This document shows, in pieces, positions 35,951 through 44,029 of a stretch of DNA of 57,818 nt. Where the stretch lies: assembly GCA_019117085.1 (NCBI GenBank), contig DXAJ01000034.1, positions 1 to 57,818 of the forward strand. Reading direction: 5' to 3'. How positions within the stretch are numbered: the stretch's first letter is position 1; every line of letters starts with the position of its first letter. Below the pieces are notes generated by a model that was not told where the DNA came from, searched no databases, and worked only from the letters and a program-made list of their open reading frames with translations. A program made the translations under genes and the position numbers. Source of the stretch: Candidatus Gallimonas gallistercoris. Its GTDB lineage: Bacteria; Bacillota; Clostridia; Christensenellales; Borkfalkiaceae.

Positions 35951-36055
35951 AGAGGCGCGCTTGAAAAAAAAACGCCCCGGACAAAGGGGCGGCGCTGCAC
36001 GAAAAAGCTGCCCGAAACGGGGGCGGCGTCGAAGGAAATAAGTTGGAGGTCAAAT

Positions 36056-36439
36056 ATGCAGAAAATTTATACAGCGGATGCGCCCGAAGCCATCGGGCCC
36101 TATTCGCAGGCAGTGAGGACGGGAAATTTGCTCTTTTCGTCGGGGCAGATCGCCATCGACCCGAAGACGGGCGAAGTCATGGAAGGCGGCATTGCCGAAC
36201 AGACGCAGCGCATCTGCGAGAATTTGAAAGCGGTGCTGGAAGCGGCGGGCTCCTCTTTGGAGCGCGTGATAAAGACGACCTGCTTCCTTGCCGATATGGG
36301 CGACTTTGCGGCGTTCAACGCGGTGTACGGCGAGTACTTTACGGGAAGGCCCGCGCGCTCGTGCGTGGCGGTGAAGGCGCTCCCCAAGGGCGTTCTCGCC
36401 GAAGTTGAGGTCATCGCCGAAGTCGAGCCGCAGGAATAA
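36056..36439 (+). CDS. ridA: RidA-family reactive enamine/imine deaminase
   Basis: AP.AIGPYSQA......LF.SGQI..DP.TGE......EQT.Q...NL.AVLEAAG..L..V.K...FL.DM.DF; 127 aa. Confidence 0.92.
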   Translation: MQKIYTADAPEAIGPYSQAVRTGNLLFSSGQIAIDPKTGEVMEGGIAEQTQRICENLKAVLEAAGSSLERVIKTTCFLADMGDFAAFNAVYGEYFTGRPARSCVAVKALPKGVLAEVEVIAEVEPQE

Positions 36440-36455
36440 GGTTTATTTTGAATAG

Positions 36456-36488
36456 AAAGGGCGCTCCCATGATGGGAGCGCTTTTTTA
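36456..36488 (+). terminator. Intrinsic terminator after ridA (twin of 37105-37145)
   Basis: AAAGG-GCGCTCCCA-tga-TGGGAGCGC-TTTTTT. Confidence 0.85.
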
Positions 36489-36566
36489 TGATTTTTTGTT
36501 TCGGGTATTGACAACGGCGCGCGGCGGTGGTATCATTGAAACGTAAATCATAAGGGAGGGAATTTT

Positions 36567-37094
36567 ATGGAACTTTCGGCTGCAAGCAAAAACGGGACCG
36601 CCATTTTGTACCAGGAAAACTTTTGGACGGGCAAAAAGGCGCTCATCATCAACGGAACGCCCGCTACGAAGATCGGCAAAAAGCAATTCAGCTTTACGGC
36701 GGCGGACGGGAAGGCGACCTTCTACACCGTGCAGGGCAGTTTTATCAGCGGTGTGAAGGTGGAGATCTCCGACCCCAAGGAGACCGTTGTCCTCGCCCAA
36801 AACATGTGGTATGATTGGGTGATCCTCGTCCTCTCCCTTGTCGGCATCCTGCCAGGCGTCATCTTCTGCGGGGCGGTCGGCGGATTTTTCAGCGTGCTGT
36901 GCTGCTTCCTCGCCGCCGTCTTCAATATGACGATCGCCCGCTCCAAGATGAACTTTGCGCTGCGCCTGCTGCTGCAGATCGTCATCATCGCGCTCGCCAA
37001 TGCCGTTTGGGTCGGGCTGTGGTTCGTCATCGTCGTGCTGCTGCTCAACGCCACGCAGGGCACGGCGGCTGCGGCGATCGCTGCGGTGCTGTAA
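36567..37094 (+). CDS. Hypothetical membrane protein (about 85-aa soluble N-domain + 3 TM)
   Basis: GGGAGGG RBS 7 nt upstream. Clear hydrophobic helices, and coding-like composition on this strand only. No recognisable family. Confidence 0.6.
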   Translation: MELSAASKNGTAILYQENFWTGKKALIINGTPATKIGKKQFSFTAADGKATFYTVQGSFISGVKVEISDPKETVVLAQNMWYDWVILVLSLVGILPGVIFCGAVGGFFSVLCCFLAAVFNMTIARSKMNFALRLLLQIVIIALANAVWVGLWFVIVVLLLNATQGTAAAAIAAVL

Positions 37095-37104
37095 CATCCA
37101 TTTG

Positions 37105-37145
37105 AAAAAAGAAAGGGCGCTCCCGCGATGGGAGCGCTCTTTGCT
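37105..37145. terminator. Bidirectional terminator (best U-tract on the minus strand, for glgP); twin of 36456-36488
   Basis: GAAAAAAGAAAGG-GCGCTCCC-gcga-TGGGAGCGC-TCTTTGC. On the minus strand the stem is followed by CCTTTCTTTTTTC. Confidence 0.8.
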
Positions 37146-37155
37146 TACGATCTTT

Positions 37156-39462
37156 TTACTTTAAATTCCAGATGAGGTTTGCATAGTCGGTGACCGAACG
37201 ATCGGCGGAGAACTTGCCCGCCGCCGCCATGTTGTGAAGACACTTCCTGTCGAAGTCCTCCGTGCCATAGTCATGCAAAAGCTCGAGCTTGGCGCGCACA
37301 TAGTCTGCAAAGTCGAAGAGGACGAGATAGCGGTCGGCACCGTAATCGGTGACGATGCTCTCGTAAAGCTTTTTGAGCATCCCCTTCTCGTCGGGGAAGG
37401 TGCCGTCGCGCAGCGTTTCGACCACGCGGCGCAGCTTGGGATCGTTGCCGAGCATCTCCGTCGGGCAATAGTACTGCTTGACTGCCGCCACTTCTTCGAC
37501 GGTCGCGCCGAAGATATAGTTGTTCTCCCTGCCCGCCTCTTCGCAGATCTCGACGTTGGCGCCGTCCATCGTGCCGAGCGTCACCGTGCCGTTGAGCATG
37601 AACTTCATGTTGCTCGTGCCCGAAGCTTCCATGCCCGCCATGCTGATCTGCTCGCTCACGTCCGCCGCGCAGACGATCTTTTCCGCATAGGAGACGTTGT
37701 AGTTCTGCACGAACACCACCTTCATCACCTTGTTGACGTCGGGGTCGTTGTTGACGAGCTTTGCGATCTCGTTGATATACTTGATGATCGCCTTCGCGTT
37801 GTAGTAACCGGGAGCCGCCTTCGCGCCGAAGATGAACGCCGTGGGCGGGAAGTCGGCGATCTCGCCGTCCTTGATCGCGTAATAGAAATAGAGGATGGCG
37901 AACGCGTTCAAAAGCTGGCGCTTGTATTCGTGAAGGCGCTTGACCTGTACGTCGAAGATGAAGTCGGGCGAAAGCTCGATGCCCTCGTGCTTTGCGATGT
38001 AGGCGGCGAGCTTTTCCTTGTTGGCGCGCTTGATCGAGCGGAAGGCGGGCAGCATCTTTTCGATGTGCGGCTCCATCTTCCTCAGCTGCGCAAGGTCGGT
38101 GTGCCAGCCCGTGCCGATGTATTTATCGATCTCCTTCGCCATGTCGGGATTGTTGAGGAGCATCCAGCGGCGGGGCGTGATGCCGTTCGTGACGTTGACG
38201 AACTTTTCGGGGAAGCGCTCGTACCAATTCTTGAAGGTATCCGTCTTCAAGATGTTGGTGTGGATCTCCGCGACGCCGTTGACGTGCGAGGAGACGTAGA
38301 TGGCAAGGTGCGCCATGTGGATGACGTTATCGCGGATGATATAGAACTTGCTGCCGTCGAGGCCGTCCGCTTCGAGGCGGCGCTGGCAGTTGACGATCTC
38401 CTGATAGACGTCGGGAAGAAGGTCGGAAAGGGCGAGGACGTCCCACTTTTCGAGCGCCTCCGCCATGATGGTGTGGTTGGTGAAGTTGAAGGTCTCCGCA
38501 CAGACTTTGAACGCCTCGTCGAAGGAGAAGCCCTCGTTCTTCAAAAGGCGCAAAAGTTCGGGGATGGCGATGACGGGGTGGGTGTCGTTGAGCTGGAAGC
38601 AGTAGTAGCGGGAAAGCTCGTGAAGATCGTGCCCCGCCTCCTTCTGCTTTCTCACGATGTCTTGAAGAGAGGCGCTGACGAGGAAGTACTGCTGGCGCAG
38701 GCGCAGAATTTTGCCCACCATCGTGTTGTCGTTGGGATAGAGGACGTCGGTGATCTTCGTCGCGTTGAAATTCTCCGTCGCCGTGTGCTCGCCCTTCATG
38801 TCGTTGAAGGTCGCAAAGTCGAACGCCTGCACGGGCTCTGCCTGCCACAGGCGCAGCGTGTTGACGACGCCGTTCTTGTAGCCGAAGATGGGCATATCGT
38901 AAGGGACGGCGCGCACGTTCTGATCGGCAAAATGCACGGTGACGGCGTCGCGCTCGACGCGCACGCTCCACGGGTCCCCCCATTTGAGCCAATCGTCGCC
39001 CTCTTCATGCTGATAGCCGTCGACAAAGGTCTGGGCAAACAGGCCGTAGCGGTAGCGGATGCCGTAGCCGTCGAGGGGGATGTCCATCGTCGCCGCGCTT
39101 TCAAGATAGCAGGCGGCAAGACGGCCGAGGCCGCCGTTGCCGAGCGCCGCGTCCTCCACCTCTTCGAACTTATTAAGGTCTTCGCCGATGCTCTTCAAGG
39201 CTTCGTCGGCGTCTTCGAGGATGCCGAGGTTGAGAAGGTTGGAGAAAATGGCGCGGCCCATCAGAAATTCTGCCGAAAAATAGCCGCAGCGGCGTTTATC
39301 TGCCGACTTTTCCGCCTTCCAATCGGCATAGACGCCGCCCATCACCGCGCGGGAGAGCGCGTTATACAGTTCCTTCTTGTTCGCCGAGGCAAGGTCGGTG
39401 CCATAGTCCGCATGCAGGATGCCGTCGACTTCCGATAAAAACTTCTTCTTGTCTAATTTCAT
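37156..39462 (-). CDS. glgP: Glycogen/maltodextrin phosphorylase
   Basis: 768 aa. LGNGGLGRLAAC, EASGTSNMKF (PLP lysine), and colinear GT35 motifs. Confidence 0.95.
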   Translation of the reverse strand: MKLDKKKFLSEVDGILHADYGTDLASANKKELYNALSRAVMGGVYADWKAEKSADKRRCGYFSAEFLMGRAIFSNLLNLGILEDADEALKSIGEDLNKFEEVEDAALGNGGLGRLAACYLESAATMDIPLDGYGIRYRYGLFAQTFVDGYQHEEGDDWLKWGDPWSVRVERDAVTVHFADQNVRAVPYDMPIFGYKNGVVNTLRLWQAEPVQAFDFATFNDMKGEHTATENFNATKITDVLYPNDNTMVGKILRLRQQYFLVSASLQDIVRKQKEAGHDLHELSRYYCFQLNDTHPVIAIPELLRLLKNEGFSFDEAFKVCAETFNFTNHTIMAEALEKWDVLALSDLLPDVYQEIVNCQRRLEADGLDGSKFYIIRDNVIHMAHLAIYVSSHVNGVAEIHTNILKTDTFKNWYERFPEKFVNVTNGITPRRWMLLNNPDMAKEIDKYIGTGWHTDLAQLRKMEPHIEKMLPAFRSIKRANKEKLAAYIAKHEGIELSPDFIFDVQVKRLHEYKRQLLNAFAILYFYYAIKDGEIADFPPTAFIFGAKAAPGYYNAKAIIKYINEIAKLVNNDPDVNKVMKVVFVQNYNVSYAEKIVCAADVSEQISMAGMEASGTSNMKFMLNGTVTLGTMDGANVEICEEAGRENNYIFGATVEEVAAVKQYYCPTEMLGNDPKLRRVVETLRDGTFPDEKGMLKKLYESIVTDYGADRYLVLFDFADYVRAKLELLHDYGTEDFDRKCLHNMAAAGKFSADRSVTDYANLIWNLK

Positions 39463-39680
39463 GTTGTCCTCTCATGCCGTACGAAAAACGCACGCAATTG
39501 GTAGAAATATATTTTGACTGACTTTTTTATTTTACACAAGCTCATTGAAAAAGTCAACGCAAAATTTCCGCGGAACGCGATTTTTTTCTCTGCTTTTTTG
39601 CGCAAAAGAGTGCTCTCTTTTGCTTTGCCCGCCCCTTTCGTATTTTCCTTATTTTTTCAGCGGGAACTTCCTCAAAGCCC

Positions 39681-39709
39681 TTGAAATATCCTTTCCCTTG
39701 TGCTATAAT
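39681..39709 (+). promoter_or_regulatory. Sigma-70 promoter for the hydrogenase operon
   Basis: TTGAAA, 17-nt spacer, TGcTATAAT (extended -10), about 70 nt upstream of ATG 39782. Confidence 0.6.
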
Positions 39710-39781
39710 GTATGTAATTATGCGCTATTTTGCCCCTTTTGCGAAAAAGGCGTCGAAAGAAGCGCTCTCAGGAGGTAACGG

Positions 39782-40279
39782 ATGGAAAATTGTGAAGCGT
39801 GCGGAACGCCCGAACAGGCCGAAAAGTTAAAGGCCGTCATCGAGGAGTCCAAGAGCACGCCGGGCTGCCTCATGCACATCTTGCAGGAGGCACAGGGCAT
39901 TTACGGATTTTTGCCCATGAGCGTTCAGAAGACGATCGCGGAAGGCCTCGGGATCTCCCTTTCCGAGGTGTACGGCGTGGTCACGTTCTACTCGCAGTTC
40001 TCGCTCAAGCCCAAGGGCAAGCACCGCATCAGCGTGTGCCTGGGGACTGCATGCTATGTGAAGGGATCGGATAAGATCCTTTCCGAGATCGAAAAAGAGC
40101 TCGGCATCTCGTGCGGCGAATGCACCCAAGACGGGCTGTTCTCGATCGACAGCTGCCGCTGCGTCGGCGCGTGCGGCCTTGCGCCCGTCATGATGATCGG
40201 CGACGAAGTCTATGGCAAGCTCACGCCCGAATCGGTCAAGGGCATCCTCGACAAATACCGCAAGGAGGAAAACGCATGA
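39782..40279 (+). CDS. hydC: NuoE-like [2Fe-2S] subunit of a bifurcating-type hydrogenase (HydC/HndA)
   Basis: 165 aa. Thioredoxin-like [2Fe-2S] cysteines (C..TAC......C....C.GAC..AP). Confidence 0.85.
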   Translation: MENCEACGTPEQAEKLKAVIEESKSTPGCLMHILQEAQGIYGFLPMSVQKTIAEGLGISLSEVYGVVTFYSQFSLKPKGKHRISVCLGTACYVKGSDKILSEIEKELGISCGECTQDGLFSIDSCRCVGACGLAPVMMIGDEVYGKLTPESVKGILDKYRKEENA

Positions 40280-42186
40280 GCAAGCACGAGCATATCACCA
40301 CCGCGCAGCTGGACGAGATCCGCGCGCGCAAGCACGACCTCATCGCCATCCGCCGCGCCGTGCACGAACAGGCGGAAAAGATCGCAGAGCATACGAAGTA
40401 CCGCAAGCAGGTGCTCGTCTGCGGCGGTACGGGCTGCACCTCCTCGCATTCGATGAAGGTCATCGAACAGCTCGAAACTTCCCTCAAAGAGAACCACATC
40501 GACGACGTCATCGTCGTCAAGACGGGCTGCTTCGGCCTCTGCGCCCTCGGCCCCATCATGATCGTCTACCCCGAAGGCGCCTTCTATGCGCAGATGACGC
40601 CCGAACACGCCAAGACCGTCGTCGAACAGCACCTTGTCAAGGGCGGGCACATCGTCAAGGAGCTCCTCTATCAGGGCACCGTGCATGAAGACGGGAGCAT
40701 CATCCCCTTCGGCGAGACTCCCTTCTATAAGAAGCAGATGCGCATCGCGCTCAGAAACTGCGGCCTCATCGCGGCGGAGGACATCGAAGAAGCCATCGCA
40801 GCGGGCGACTATGCGGCGCTCGAAAAGGTGTTGACTTCCATGACGCCCGACGACGTCATCAACGAGATGCTTGCCTCCGGCCTTCGCGGCAGGGGCGGCG
40901 CGGGCTTCCCCACGGGCAGAAAGTGGGCGTTTGCCAAGGCTTCGCAGGGCGACATCAAGTACGTCTGCTGCAACGCCGACGAAGGCGACCCCGGCGCGTT
41001 CATGGACCGTTCCGTTTTGGAAGGCGATCCTCACTGCGTGCTCGAAGCGATGACCATCGCGGGCTATGCCATCGGCGCGCACCAGGGCTACATCTATGTG
41101 CGTGCGGAATATCCCGTCGCCGTCCAGCGCCTTCGCATCGCCATCGACCAAGCGCACGAATACGGGCTGCTCGGCAAGGACATCTTAGGCCTCGGCTTTG
41201 ACTTCGATATTGAGATCAGGCTCGGCGCGGGCGCGTTCGTCTGCGGCGAAGAGACGGCGCTCATGACGAGCATCGAAGGTCACCGCGGCGAACCCCGGCC
41301 CCGCCCTCCCTTCCCCGCCGTCAAGGGCCTCTTCGGCAAGCCCACCATCCTCAATAACGTCGAAACGTGGGCGAACGTCAACCCCATCATTCTGAAGGGC
41401 GCCAAGTGGTTCTCCTCCATCGGCACGGAGACTTCGCCCGGCACCAAGGTGTTCGCGCTCGGCGGCAAGATCACCAACGTCGGCCTTGTGGAAGTGCCCA
41501 TGGGCACGACGCTCCGCGAGATCGTCGAAGAGATCGGCGGCGGCATCCCCGGCGGCAAGAAGTTCAAGGCAGCCCAGACGGGCGGCCCTTCGGGCGGCTG
41601 CATCCCCGCAGAGTGCATCGACACCCCCATCGACTACGATTCCCTGCTCGCCATCGGCTCCATGATGGGCAGCGGCGGTATGATCATCCTCGATGAGGAC
41701 ACCTGCATGGTGGATATCGCGAAGTTCTACCTCGAATTCACCGCGGACGAGAGCTGCGGCAAGTGCACCCCCTGCCGTATCGGCACCAAGCGCCTTTTGC
41801 AGCTCCTCACCAAGATCACAGAGGGCAAGGGCGAACCCGAAGACCTCGACAAGATCGAAGAACTTGCCGCGCACATGAAGCAGTCTTCCCTCTGCGCCCT
41901 CGGCCAGAGCGCGCCCAACCCCGTCCTTTCGACGCTGCGCTACTTCCGCAAGGAGTACGAGGAGCACATCCTCGAAAAGCGGTGCGCGGCGGGCGTGTGC
42001 AAGGCGCTCATGACCTACTACGTCATCCCCGAAAAGTGCAAGGGCTGCACGCTGTGCGCGCGCAACTGCCCCGTCAAGGCAATCTCGGGCTCCGTCAAGC
42101 AGCCGCACGTCATCGATACGAGCAAGTGCGTCAAGTGCGGGCTGTGCATGGCCAACTGTAAGTTCGGCGCCATCGTGAGAAAGTGA
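40276..42186 (+). CDS. hydB: NuoF-like flavoprotein subunit (HydB/HndC) with N-terminal [2Fe-2S] domain and C-terminal 2x[4Fe-4S] ferredoxin
   Basis: GLRGRGGAGFPTG.KW (FMN/NAD site), ESCGKCTPCR, and two C..C..C...CP motifs at the C-terminus. ATGA overlap with hydC. Confidence 0.9.
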   Translation: MSKHEHITTAQLDEIRARKHDLIAIRRAVHEQAEKIAEHTKYRKQVLVCGGTGCTSSHSMKVIEQLETSLKENHIDDVIVVKTGCFGLCALGPIMIVYPEGAFYAQMTPEHAKTVVEQHLVKGGHIVKELLYQGTVHEDGSIIPFGETPFYKKQMRIALRNCGLIAAEDIEEAIAAGDYAALEKVLTSMTPDDVINEMLASGLRGRGGAGFPTGRKWAFAKASQGDIKYVCCNADEGDPGAFMDRSVLEGDPHCVLEAMTIAGYAIGAHQGYIYVRAEYPVAVQRLRIAIDQAHEYGLLGKDILGLGFDFDIEIRLGAGAFVCGEETALMTSIEGHRGEPRPRPPFPAVKGLFGKPTILNNVETWANVNPIILKGAKWFSSIGTETSPGTKVFALGGKITNVGLVEVPMGTTLREIVEEIGGGIPGGKKFKAAQTGGPSGGCIPAECIDTPIDYDSLLAIGSMMGSGGMIILDEDTCMVDIAKFYLEFTADESCGKCTPCRIGTKRLLQLLTKITEGKGEPEDLDKIEELAAHMKQSSLCALGQSAPNPVLSTLRYFRKEYEEHILEKRCAAGVCKALMTYYVIPEKCKGCTLCARNCPVKAISGSVKQPHVIDTSKCVKCGLCMANCKFGAIVRK

Positions 42187-42194
42187 GGTGCAAG

Positions 42195-43922
42195 ATGCAA
42201 GCGAAAATGGTAAACTTAAAGATCAATAACATCTCCGTCAGTGTGCCCGAGGGGACGACTATCCTCGAAGCGGCGCGCAAGGCGCACATCGAGATCCCCA
42301 CCCTCTGCTACCTCAAAGACGTGAGCTGCGTGGGCTCCTGCCGTATGTGCCTCGTCGAGGCAACGGGCGCGAGAGGGCTCGTCGCCGCATGCGTCTATCC
42401 CGTCTCCGAAGGCATGGAGGTGCGCACCAACACCGAAAAGTGCCGCCAGAGCCGCAAGATGACGCTCGAGCTCATTTTGAGCAAACACAAGAAGAAATGC
42501 CTCTCCTGCGAGCGCAACCACAACTGCGAATTGCAGAAGCTCTCTTTGGGTTACAGCGTCGACGAAGACCGCTTCAAGGGCGAGGACTTCGTGCTCCCCA
42601 TCGACACCTCCACCCCTTACGTCGTCAGAGACAACGACAAGTGCATCAATTGCATGCGCTGCGTCGCCGCCTGCCGCAAGCAGAACGTCAACGCCATCGG
42701 CCCCATCGGCAGAGGCTTCCACGTCCACATCGGTTCGGCGTTCGATATGCCCCTTTCCGAGTCCGTCTGCGTGGGCTGCGGCCAGTGCATCGTCGCCTGC
42801 CCCGTCGGCGCCCTCTCCGAGAATTCCACCATCGAGAACGTGTGGAAGGCGCTCTCCGACCCCACCAAGCAGGTCGTGTTCTTCACGGCGCCCTCCGTCC
42901 GCGCGACGTTGGGCGAAGCGTTCGATATGCCCGTCGGCACCAACGTCGAGGGCAAGATGGTGGCAGCCATCCGCCGCCTCGGCCCCGACCATGTGTTCAA
43001 CATGGATGTGACCGCCGACCTCACCATCATGGAGGAAGCGAGCGAGCTCATCAACCGCATCAAAACGGGCAAACCCATGCCCATGTTCACCTCGTGCTGC
43101 CCCGCGTGGATCAAGTTCGTCGAGCAGCGCCATCCCGAGATGATCCCCCACCTTTCCTCCTGCAAGTCGCCTCAGCAGATGTTCGGCGCACTCTTGAAGA
43201 GCTATTGGTGCGAAAAGAACGGCGTCGATCCCAAGAATCTGTACGTCGTCAGCGTCATCCCCTGCACCGCCAAGAAGTACGAATGCACGCGCGAGGAAAT
43301 GAAGGACGACGTGGACGCAGCCATCACGACGCGCGAACTTGCGCGCATGATCAAGACGGCGGGCATCAAGTTCACTGAGCTGCCCGACGAGGAATTCGAC
43401 AATCCCTTCGCGACGGCAACGGGCGGCGGCGCCATCTTCGGCGCAACGGGCGGCGTCATGGAAGCGGCTCTGCGCACGGCGGCGCACATGATGGACGGCA
43501 GCTTCGAAGTGCTCGACTTCTTCGCGGTGCGCGGCACCAACCCCATCAAGGAAGCGACTTACCTTGTGGCGGGCAACACCATCCGCGTGGCGGTCGCGAG
43601 CGGCCTTGCAAACGCCGAGACCATCATTCGGCAGATCGAATCGGGCGAGAAGAAGTACGACTTCATCGAGATCATGGCATGCCCCGGCGGCTGCGTCAAC
43701 GGCGGCGGCCAGCCCACCCTTTCGGACAGCGTCCGCAACAACACGGAGCTCAAAGAGTCGCGCGCCAAGGCGCTCTATACCTCGGACACCAAGAACGAAC
43801 TGCGCAGAAGTTCGGATTCGCCCGTGATGGACGTCATCTACAACGACTACTTCGGCTTCCCCAACAGCCACAAGGCGCACGAGATCCTGCATACCACCTA
43901 CCATGCAGACAAGCGCATTTGA
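42195..43922 (+). CDS. hydA: [FeFe] hydrogenase catalytic subunit (group A3-like domain order)
   Basis: N-terminal [2Fe-2S] fold, FeS cysteine clusters, and H-cluster motifs FTSCCPAW, VIPCTAKK, EIMACPGGC. Start chosen at ATG 42195 (GAGGTG RBS). Confidence 0.92.
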   Translation: MQAKMVNLKINNISVSVPEGTTILEAARKAHIEIPTLCYLKDVSCVGSCRMCLVEATGARGLVAACVYPVSEGMEVRTNTEKCRQSRKMTLELILSKHKKKCLSCERNHNCELQKLSLGYSVDEDRFKGEDFVLPIDTSTPYVVRDNDKCINCMRCVAACRKQNVNAIGPIGRGFHVHIGSAFDMPLSESVCVGCGQCIVACPVGALSENSTIENVWKALSDPTKQVVFFTAPSVRATLGEAFDMPVGTNVEGKMVAAIRRLGPDHVFNMDVTADLTIMEEASELINRIKTGKPMPMFTSCCPAWIKFVEQRHPEMIPHLSSCKSPQQMFGALLKSYWCEKNGVDPKNLYVVSVIPCTAKKYECTREEMKDDVDAAITTRELARMIKTAGIKFTELPDEEFDNPFATATGGGAIFGATGGVMEAALRTAAHMMDGSFEVLDFFAVRGTNPIKEATYLVAGNTIRVAVASGLANAETIIRQIESGEKKYDFIEIMACPGGCVNGGGQPTLSDSVRNNTELKESRAKALYTSDTKNELRRSSDSPVMDVIYNDYFGFPNSHKAHEILHTTYHADKRI

Positions 43923-43940
43923 GGACTGAAAACCCGAACG

Positions 43941-43974
43941 AAAAAAGAGCACGGAACTTCCGTGCTCTTTTTTT
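43941..43974. terminator. Strong bidirectional terminator shared by hydA (+) and the fibre-like gene (-)
   Basis: AAAAAA-GAGCACGG-aactt-CCGTGCTC-TTTTTTT. Confidence 0.8.
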
Positions 43975-44029
43975 GCCCGCCGCGGCGCGGCTTTTTCCCG
44001 GGGCCGCGCCTCGCGAGCCGAAGGATGGT

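Noticed and set aside
39463-39781. Rex-type operator (TTGTGAA-N4-TTCACAA) in the hydrogenase promoter region
   Set aside because: Only a loose TTGAAAAAGTCAA partial palindrome is present, which is not a convincing match to the consensus.
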